A stretch of 59,775 nucleotides of DNA from a virus (Duplodnaviria > Caudoviricetes). A program made the translations under genes and the position numbers. The stretch spans positions 1 through 59,775 of IMG/VR virus record IMGVR_UViG_3300035670_000230. One strand, 5' to 3'. The notes under the pieces were generated by a model, which worked only from the letters and a program-made list of their open reading frames with translations, ran no database searches and was not told where the DNA came from. How positions within the stretch are numbered: the stretch's first letter is position 1; each line of letters opens with the position of its first letter. Positions 16,655 to 24,400 of the stretch are shown here, piece by piece.

Positions 16655-19585
16655 ATGGATACCTTAGAGTTTCTGCAGACCGTCTTACCAGAAGACGGCA
16701 TAAAGTATCTGGCGCTCATCGACCCCAAAACAGGAAAACCCGCACACAAGCCATACGAAAATTTAATCGATATGGCAAAAGCAGTAGAAGAATACGATGC
16801 AAAACCCGTGCAGGTTTATCACGCTTGCGGTGCTTATAAAGAACCGTTTGTTGAGGTTGATGGCAAAAAAAGGTGGCGGGTCAAGGAGAACCAATTTAAG
16901 GCCAAAGCGTTTTGGTTGGACGTTGATTGTGGGTTAGCTAAGTCAGAAAAGGGTGAGGGTTATCCGACAAAGAAGGATGCGCTTGTTGCCATCAAACAAC
17001 TATGCGTCAAGACCGGACTGCCAGCACCACTCATCATTGACTCGGGCAACGGGCTACATATTTATTGGCCTTTAACAAAAGCTATCAGTTCTAGCACATG
17101 GATAAAAATTGCTAATCGGTTTAAGGCAGTCACTATCCATCTTGGGTTGATTGCAGATCCCACGGCAACGGCAGACTTTGCTCGGGTTCTCAGGCCGGTT
17201 GGTAGCACAAACAAGAAAAAAGAACTTAAGACTGTTGTAGCAAAAAATTCAGTTGAGGCAGTTACCCCCGAAAAATTTGTCGAAGCGCTAAAAAGTGTAG
17301 ATTTACCCAAGCAGGAACCGCAGAAAAAAGTAGATATTAACGACGACCTGATTGCCCACGCACCTGTTTCCGTCCCCAGCTTTGCCGAAGTTATCTCAGA
17401 AAAGTGCGCACAAGTTGGTGTGATGCGGGATACCCTTGGCGACGTAAATTACGAACACTGGCGGGGTGTTATTGGCATCATCAAGCACTGTGAAGAAGGT
17501 ATTGAGAAGGCCCGAGAATGGAGCGCTAAGAGGGCTGAGACAGGCCATGGTCAGGTAGATGTAGATCAGAAGTACGATACTTGGTCATCGCCACCAACGA
17601 CCTGTGAGTTCTTTTCTAAGTGCAACCCTGTGGGGTGCGAGGGCTGTCAGTTTTCTGGCAAAATTAAATCTCCTATTGTCTTGGGGCGTAAAGAACCGGA
17701 GCCTAAGGCAATCGAGGTTGAAGCTAAAGTCGATGGTATGCATTTGCAAGTTGTGGTCCCAGAGTTCCCACAAGGTTACGGTTTTAGTAACTTTATGATG
17801 ACTCGCTACATGAAGGACAAGGACGACATAACCCACTCGTTTGCTTTCTGCCAAAATTTGTTTTATCCAATACACAGGATTCGTAAAGAAGATGGGTCTT
17901 TTAGCCTTGGGATGCGGATGCACTTACCCGACAAAAGAACTCGGGAATTTGAGATCGAGACTAAACTACTTGCTTCTCCACAGAGACTAATTGAGGGTCT
18001 TGCCAACCACGAATTATTGCCAAACAACGCTAAGGATTCTTCTATGCACATGACTGCCTACCTCAGAGATTCTCTGGAAAAGCTCAAACAGGAAGCAGAG
18101 GAACTTAACACATACACCAGTTTTGGGTGGAAAAACGACTTCCAAGGATTTTTACTAGGTGATCGGCTTTACCACCAAGATGGGACGGTACGTAAGGTTT
18201 TGGTTGGTGGTTATGCTAAAGACCGTGCCGCAGATTTCCCCACCCCTACTGGTAACGCCGGGGGTTACGCTGACGCACTAAATTACCTGTATGCCAGAGA
18301 TGGTATGGAACCCATGCAGTACGTCATCATCGCTGGTTTTGGTTCTGTGCTAAGCCCTCTGTCTGAGTCCATGTATAAGGGTCTGACGTTTGCAGTTGTG
18401 GGTGAGGAGACAGCCAAGGGTAAGACTACGGTATGTTGGGCATCGCTGTATGCTTTTGGTGATGCTGACCGCATGAGCCTTAAAACAGAGGAGAACGCCA
18501 CCACCAATGCTCGGTACGCTAGGCTTGGAACGTATGGCAACATCCCCATGCTGATTGACGAGCTTACCAACATTGACCCCGAGGAGTTTTCTAAATTTGC
18601 CTACACAGTTAGTCTGGGTCAGGAGAAGGAGCGGCTTACATTAGGTAAGGGCAACTCAGGTGTCCGGTTTGCCGAAGCCCAGACTTGGGGTATGAATTTG
18701 TTTGTAACCGCTAACAAAGACTTACATGCTGCTATGGCGGTCAGGCAGAGCAATACCCAAGCAGAAGCCGTGCGTATGATCCAAATTAAGATCGACCGCT
18801 ACGATATGCCAGAGCTTAAGATGTCTGAAGTCGAAGCGGCTAAGCGCAAAATGTCGATCAATAAAGGTGCGGCGGGTGATTTATTTCTTAGGTACATAAC
18901 TGCTAACCTCGACGATGTGATGAGACGAATGGCAGATTGGGGTGTACGGTTTGAAAACGACATGCCAGATGTGCGCTACAGGTTCTATCGTAACCATGCT
19001 ATTTGTTCGTTTACAGCGTTGGAGATCTCCAACAGTCTGGGCATAACTAAGTTTGACGTTGAAAAACTGTATTCGTTCGTCATCAATCTGTTTCTAGAAC
19101 TGGCGGTATCGGTTAAAGAACAGAACACCATTACCCCAGAAGATGCGCTAAACAGGATGCTCAATGACTTATCTGCACGGATATTAGTAACCAACGAGTA
19201 CCGTGATGGCAGGGATACACGAGGCCCGGAGGACGCTCAGAAGGTGTACGGTGGAGCAATTGCTGGTCGGTATATTATTGGCAACATCAACAACAAAGAC
19301 AATCCCCTAACCGGCAAATTGTTTTTAGTGAAGAAAGAAATTATGGATTGGTGTCTAAAGCACCGTGTTGACCATAAACACATGGTTGAAGTTGCTATGA
19401 AGTTGGGAGTTGCCACCGACCCCAAAGAAAAATTCAACGTCGGTCGTGGTACCAAGGTGTCTGCCGGTCAGCATCGCTGTGTCTGTATTGACATGCTCAA
19501 GCTAGAATCCATGTATGCAGAAGCACCAAAACTGACAATAGCCTCAGTTACCAAACTAGAGGGTAGTCAAGTAGCCAATAATTGA
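16655..19585 (+). CDS. Primase-helicase (AEP/RepB-like primase, PriCT, DUF927 helicase)
   Basis: 'WLDVDC', 'SGNGLHIYW', 'ARVLRPVGSTN', Walker A-like 'GEETAKGKTT', 'IDELT'; GGGAG RBS before ATG 16655. Confidence 0.85.
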   Translation: MDTLEFLQTVLPEDGIKYLALIDPKTGKPAHKPYENLIDMAKAVEEYDAKPVQVYHACGAYKEPFVEVDGKKRWRVKENQFKAKAFWLDVDCGLAKSEKGEGYPTKKDALVAIKQLCVKTGLPAPLIIDSGNGLHIYWPLTKAISSSTWIKIANRFKAVTIHLGLIADPTATADFARVLRPVGSTNKKKELKTVVAKNSVEAVTPEKFVEALKSVDLPKQEPQKKVDINDDLIAHAPVSVPSFAEVISEKCAQVGVMRDTLGDVNYEHWRGVIGIIKHCEEGIEKAREWSAKRAETGHGQVDVDQKYDTWSSPPTTCEFFSKCNPVGCEGCQFSGKIKSPIVLGRKEPEPKAIEVEAKVDGMHLQVVVPEFPQGYGFSNFMMTRYMKDKDDITHSFAFCQNLFYPIHRIRKEDGSFSLGMRMHLPDKRTREFEIETKLLASPQRLIEGLANHELLPNNAKDSSMHMTAYLRDSLEKLKQEAEELNTYTSFGWKNDFQGFLLGDRLYHQDGTVRKVLVGGYAKDRAADFPTPTGNAGGYADALNYLYARDGMEPMQYVIIAGFGSVLSPLSESMYKGLTFAVVGEETAKGKTTVCWASLYAFGDADRMSLKTEENATTNARYARLGTYGNIPMLIDELTNIDPEEFSKFAYTVSLGQEKERLTLGKGNSGVRFAEAQTWGMNLFVTANKDLHAAMAVRQSNTQAEAVRMIQIKIDRYDMPELKMSEVEAAKRKMSINKGAAGDLFLRYITANLDDVMRRMADWGVRFENDMPDVRYRFYRNHAICSFTALEISNSLGITKFDVEKLYSFVINLFLELAVSVKEQNTITPEDALNRMLNDLSARILVTNEYRDGRDTRGPEDAQKVYGGAIAGRYIIGNINNKDNPLTGKLFLVKKEIMDWCLKHRVDHKHMVEVAMKLGVATDPKEKFNVGRGTKVSAGQHRCVCIDMLKLESMYAEAPKLTIASVTKLEGSQVANN

Positions 19586-19597
19586 TGTATTATTTGT

Positions 19598-19667
19598 GGG
19601 ACAACTTTGTTGCCATTGTTGTCTTCTCCGTAGAGTTTCCCCCCGGCGCAATGTCGGGGGGTTTTTT
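19598..19667 (+). ncRNA. Candidate anti-RBS small RNA
   Basis: 5' hairpin (19598-19625), single-stranded CTCCGTAGAG, terminator hairpin; possible promoter TAGTCA(19564)-18-TATTAT(19588). Confidence 0.55.
19639..19667 (+). terminator. Intrinsic terminator ending the early arm
   Basis: CCCCCCGGC-GCAAT-GTCGGGGGG followed by TTTTTT. Confidence 0.9.
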
Positions 19668-19980
19668 ATTCCACAATCTCAATTGGAATAATTTTCTTAA
19701 TCATGTTTTTTGGAATTACGATTGCATTGGCATGATTGTCATCTGCTACGCTTTGCGCTAGATAAATACCTTTTGCGCTTTTCTTAAGTAGCCACCCCAA
19801 CGTCTTAACTTCTGTCGGATCAGCATTTAAATTTTCATTACCATCTTGCCAGTAACCTACTTGGTGCGCATCAAGCCAGATCACTAGAACGGGTTTTGGA
19901 TTTTTTTCTGAAGTAGTCTCTAAGCGTTTGCGCCGTTCTGGCAACATCTTCTCGTTCGATTTGTCTGGCAACAGGTTCAT
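19666..19980 (-). CDS. Conserved small phage protein (start uncertain)
   Basis: 'V.V.W.DAH...W', 'T.GWL', 'IPK.MI..I'. Confidence 0.7.
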   Translation of the reverse strand: MNLLPDKSNEKMLPERRKRLETTSEKNPKPVLVIWLDAHQVGYWQDGNENLNADPTEVKTLGWLLKKSAKGIYLAQSVADDNHANAIVIPKNMIKKIIPIEIVE

Positions 19981-20368
19981 TGATATACCTCGCAGCTTGC
20001 GTAAATAAACTTACCTTGTCTTTTAGAAGTCCGATGGCAGAATTACAAGGACGGCATAAAATCCCACGAACTTCTCCGGTTTTGTGGCAGTGGTCTATGA
20101 CGGACTGATTTCCTTCTAGCTTTAATTCGGACTCGCATATTGCGCACTTCCTTTCTTGAACTTCTAAAAGATCTTCGTAAAACTGAGGCGTAATACCAAA
20201 GCGTTGTAGTCTGTTACGATGACTTCTACATTCTTTGCATTCTCGGAACTTACCAACGTGCTGGGAACCATAGTCAGCACGAGATTTATACTGGTCACAG
20301 ATAGAGCATTTAATAGCCCCACCATGAAGTGTATCTATCTTTTGTTTAAGTTTCTTTGCTATATGCAT
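19871..20368 (-). CDS. Endonuclease VII-like (Hpy99I/recombination endonuclease VII) protein
   Basis: 'Q..KCAIC...IDHCHKTGEVRGILCRPCNSAIG...D'. Confidence 0.9.
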   Translation of the reverse strand: MHIAKKLKQKIDTLHGGAIKCSICDQYKSRADYGSQHVGKFRECKECRSHRNRLQRFGITPQFYEDLLEVQERKCAICESELKLEGNQSVIDHCHKTGEVRGILCRPCNSAIGLLKDKVSLFTQAARYINEPVARQIEREDVARTAQTLRDYFRKKSKTRSSDLA

Positions 20369-20372
20369 AAAT

Positions 20373-20399
20373 AAAAAAGCCCAGCCGGAACTGGGCTTT
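20373..20399 (-). terminator. Intrinsic terminator ending the late operon
   Basis: AAAGCCCAG-loop-CTGGGCTTT with a U6 tract on the - strand. Confidence 0.8.
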
Positions 20400-20412
20400 C
20401 AGGATATTGGCC

Positions 20413-20544
20413 TTACTTCTTACGAGCCGCTTCTTTTTTCATGCATTTACCCATGGCCTTGCATTTAGCAGGACTGGGGCAACCGGGACAAGTTTTAAAG
20501 TCAGACTTCTTAGAACCAGCGGGTTTTGCTTTGCCGTACATCAT
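20413..20544 (-). CDS. 43-aa basic Cys-rich peptide MMYGKAKPAGSKKSDFKTCPGCPSPAKCKAMGKCMKKEAARKK (not in ORF track)
   Basis: AAGGAGA RBS; CxxC-x5-C-x5-C; lies directly before the terminator. Confidence 0.75.
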   Translation of the reverse strand: MMYGKAKPAGSKKSDFKTCPGCPSPAKCKAMGKCMKKEAARKK

Positions 20545-20555
20545 AGTAAATCTCC

Positions 20556-20831
20556 TTACGATTTGCGTTTAAGAGGTGCCACCCGTTTGGGTGAACCGGG
20601 GGGTTGACCCAGACTTTTTTTCTGGGTGATTCGGCTACGCTTTTCGCTGTCGCTTATTTCTGACGAAGTTTTAGGCGTTTTGTCCGAAACTCTTTTGCTC
20701 GGGCGGCAGTAGGGAGTCCCACGTTTCTCACCCTCTTGGCGTCCACAGGGTTTACCTGTACGGACATCCTTCCATTCTTCTTGGAACCACCGTTTGAGGG
20801 CGGCACCTTTATCCGTTTTTCTTATTGCCAC
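20556..20831 (-). CDS. Small basic protein (DUF5872-like)
   Basis: 'LKRWF.E.WKDV.TGKPCGR...P.CRP.KRVS..TPKT'; GTG start. Confidence 0.7.
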   Translation of the reverse strand: MAIRKTDKGAALKRWFQEEWKDVRTGKPCGRQEGEKRGTPYCRPSKRVSDKTPKTSSEISDSEKRSRITQKKSLGQPPGSPKRVAPLKRKS

Positions 20832-20970
20832 TTTTATTTCCCCAGTTTTTAGCACCGACCTTACGGCACTTGGCTATGGCCCCAGATGCATAAGCGCTGG
20901 GAAAGACTTTATAGCGAGCCTTGACTTTACTATAACAAGCGTCTTTAGGTGATTTAGATTTTGTAGCCAT
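20809..20970 (-). CDS. 53-aa basic protein MATKSKSPKDACYSKVKARYKVFPSAYASGAIAKCRKVGAKNWGNK... (not in ORF track)
   Basis: Recognisable 'KDACY.KVK.RY.V.PSAYASGA..KCRK.GA.NWG' family motif; GGAG upstream. Confidence 0.8.
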   Translation of the reverse strand: MATKSKSPKDACYSKVKARYKVFPSAYASGAIAKCRKVGAKNWGNKSGNKKNG

Positions 20971-21157
20971 CACGCCGCTCCGTTTCTGGTATCAAAATAC
21001 AAGTTGTTCTGTAGGCTGAAACTTCTTCTGCAGCTTCAAAATAGTCATGTGCCCTTGCGTTTTGTAGTTCACATTGCGTTAATGATACGGCATGGCGACT
21101 GACAACAAAGTCACACTCGCTAGTCACGAGACACACAAAGGCGATGGCGATATACAT
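20954..21157 (-). CDS. Hypothetical Cys-containing protein with hydrophobic N-terminus
   Basis: ORF fills the gap in the operon. Confidence 0.55.
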   Translation of the reverse strand: MYIAIAFVCLVTSECDFVVSRHAVSLTQCELQNARAHDYFEAAEEVSAYRTTCILIPETERRDGYKI

Positions 21158-21158
21158 G

Positions 21159-21428
21159 TCAGCACTTCCAAGCCCGTAGGCTTTTGTTAATCCTAGAATC
21201 TGGGTCGTTGGCTGTTTTGGAGGAAGTAAGTTTCTTCTTCATACCCTGCATCCTTGCGCAAAAGCTCTTTCTCCTCCCCGAGTCTTCCTTCGTCTTTGGA
21301 TTGGGTGCGGGAGGCTTTAGTCCGGGCTTCCCGGGGTTTGCTGCGTTGTAGCTCGCTCGGCCTTTTGCGTTCAGACCACCCTTTGGATCTTTGCCTTCTT
21401 TCCTCTGCCATGCTTCTGATTTTGCCAT
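21159..21428 (-). CDS. Small basic protein (DUF6321-like)
   Basis: 'AWQRKEGK..KGGLN.KGR.SY...RRKSFCARM...SRINKSLRAWKC'. Confidence 0.75.
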   Translation of the reverse strand: MAKSEAWQRKEGKDPKGGLNAKGRASYNAANPGKPGLKPPAPNPKTKEDSGRRKSFCARMQGMKKKLTSSKTANDPDSRINKSLRAWKC

Positions 21429-21439
21429 GATAGTGGTCC

Positions 21440-24400
21440 TTATGCAGTTATGCGTTCTACAAACCTACGACTACTGTCGGTAAATGGTACGCCCTCTGAT
21501 GTTTGCTCTTCACGCTTGCGTTGTTGTTCTGGAGCATTTGTCAATTCTGTCATAGGTTTACGTGGATAACCATTACGAACACGAGCCGCTTGAAGATCTA
21601 GCCATTGCCTACGCAGTTCAGCTTGTTTAGTCCTATCTTGGTCTTTAGTAGCTTCGGAATATTGACGCTTCAGGGTAGAAGAACGGCTACTAAACTTCTG
21701 TTCAAGGTCGATAGTACGGCCTTGCTGTTCACCACGAACGGATGTTTGTGTTGGGCTTAACCCTAAAGCCTGCCAGAAAGCCGTAACCTCACCAATTTGG
21801 TCGGGTTTTAGAAGAACATCACCACCACGATTAGTGAACCCCTCGCTGTATATGCGAACAGCTCGCATGGCGTCCCCAAGACCTTTTGGTAGCATTAACT
21901 CAAGACCTTTGTATTCGTCACCAGCGGCAATGTAGCTCATACCATCTGCCATCCGAGCCGCCATACCACCAGCAGGACCACCTAGGAGCGTACCAATAAT
22001 CTGGTAGGTCTTCTCACCATTGAGGTCTTTAATTTCTGTAAACGGCATTACGGACAGGGCGTTACCCATGCCAATTTTGCCTGAGAGGTTTACACCAGCT
22101 AGGTTGGGCGAACCATAAAGCACGATGTTGGATATGTCGTTGTTACCAATCGCATCACGAATCTGACCTTTAATATCAAATGGCTCGTCTTCATCTCCAA
22201 GCAAACCCTCAAGCGCCCAAGCAATAGCAGCAGCTCCCGGCATACCCATAACACCAGTAAGAACAGCAGTCTGAGCAAGGATATAACCTAGGGCCTTACG
22301 GGCAACTTGTTGTTCTGGGCCTTTTGTAAATGAGTTTTTAATCAACTTGGCAAGCAGACCCAACTGAATAAGCTGGAATTTACGGAACTGCAGGGCGACT
22401 TTACCAACGTTCGTATTGAACATACGTGGGGCGTTAAACGCCGAGTAGTCACCGTGGGTGTCGTTAATGATGCTGCTTGCGTAGTCGATGGCTACATCTC
22501 GATTGCCTGTTTTTGCAAGCTCAAGTCGATAGGCAGCAATGGCAGTTGTAAGTCGGTTGATGGCCTCAACTTTTTGTACAGCTAAACGCAAGCCCTTATC
22601 AACTTTGTTCCATGTATCAGTAACAGGACCTTGGCCTTCAATGGTAAATTCACCCATCTCTGTGGAAATGCCAATGTCAATCTGGCTGCGGTTAACCAGT
22701 GTTTCAATAACATCTTTAACATCATCAGGAACTTTAGAAAAATCAAATTGCTGGTCGAACAACTTGGCTGACTTCATTACATCTTTAAGATCGAAGTAGG
22801 CGTTGTAAAGGGCATTAGCAGATTTAGTGTAGTCGTGTCGTCCAGCCATTACAGGCAAGCTCATCATCCATGGCTGAGTAAAGTTCTGCAGGTAGTAACC
22901 CGGGCTTGACGCCAAAAAGTACACAGACGTAATACGGTTAAGTTTCTGAACTGCTTGGTTAGGTTCGTACTCCAGTGACTGGATGTAACGTCCGTTTAGC
23001 TCATTAAGAAGCTCTGACTTGCGGGTACGGTTACCACCTTGTTTGGCTTGCTTGCGCATCTTTTGCAGCGCTTCTTGTGTTCTGTTGTTGTATTGAACAG
23101 CGGCTAAGAAGTTAGCATCAGCTCGACCTTGGAGGGCAAACGATTGAAGCATGTCAATTTCACCGGGTACTGCTCGACGACGAAGCTCTGACTTTCTTGC
23201 ACTAGAATCAGCCAACGCATGGAGGTACATGTCTGTAATGATTCTACGAAGCTGGTTGGTACTTTTTTCATCCTGACCAGTTCTTTCCACCGTAGCCCGT
23301 AATTTACTTAGGGCAGCAAGCATGGTGTCTCCACCATATAGTTCGTCTTGGAACTTTTCACGCTCAAAGTAGTAAACGGCATCCTCATTAGTACCGTAGA
23401 AACCCTGATCTTGAAGCTGTTTCTGCAGGTTACGAGCCTGAATATCTGAGTCTACAAAGCTAACTTGGTAGTGGTTGGGGTCTTGCTCAAGCTCACGTAT
23501 ACGTTTTTTGTCGTCAGCAGTTTCTGCCGCACGGTACTCAGGCGATTTAGCCACCACAGCATATTTGCCTATACGCTTTAACGGAGCATAGGGTATACCC
23601 TCACGCAATTTAAACAACGTATCAAACTTTTTAAGATCAGCAATTTTTTCTTTTTGGAGTTGAGCAACTAGCTCGGCATTACCATCAGCTTGAGCGGCCT
23701 TAATCTGCGCATCGTATTCGCTGTTAGTGTAGTCAAGCAGAATCTTTTTCTTCATGGCAAGCGTATCGTCACCATGTTTGAACACAGCACGGATAAACGA
23801 CTGAGCCTCAGAAGATAAAGCGTCGAATCTGGTTTTTAGATCTGCGTCAACAGCTACGCCAGTGGTACGCCACTTAGGCGTAAAGCCCCACTTCTTGGTT
23901 CGTGTGGAGTCATAGATAAATGCGTTGACACTTTGGGATCCTGTACCACGATCTTTGTCTGGCACTAGGGCATACATGTCGGCGATGCGCTCAACTTCTT
24001 TTTCAAACTTACGGGTTTCAACCCCACGAGCCTGCATCAGTTGTTTAAATTCTGCAGCCGACCGGATACCAGATTCAACAGCACGGTTAATCAACGCCTC
24101 GGTAAATACCACACGATCAACACCCTTACGAGTCCAGTTACGGATTGTCTGGTAAATACTGTTAGAACTACTTCTGACCGTAGGCGGTATGTTATTTAAA
24201 ACATTAGCCGCAGCTCTTGCATTACGAGACCGAGCTACTGGGACGTTTTGTTGGGCTGCGGCGACGTCTCTTGCGATTGTCGTAAGGGCTTCTGCGACCT
24301 CTTTAGAAATTCCCCCCCTGCCCGCATCGACCCTCTCGGCTCTACTATCGAACGCTGGGCCTGTGAGGTTTGTGGCGTTGAAGTTTTCTGTTGTTTGGAC

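Noticed and set aside
19590-19616. Antisense mini-ORF MATKLSHK with a TACGGAGAAG RBS
   Set aside because: Only 8 codons and no evident role. More simply the mirror of the proposed anti-RBS RNA, but kept as the alternative explanation.
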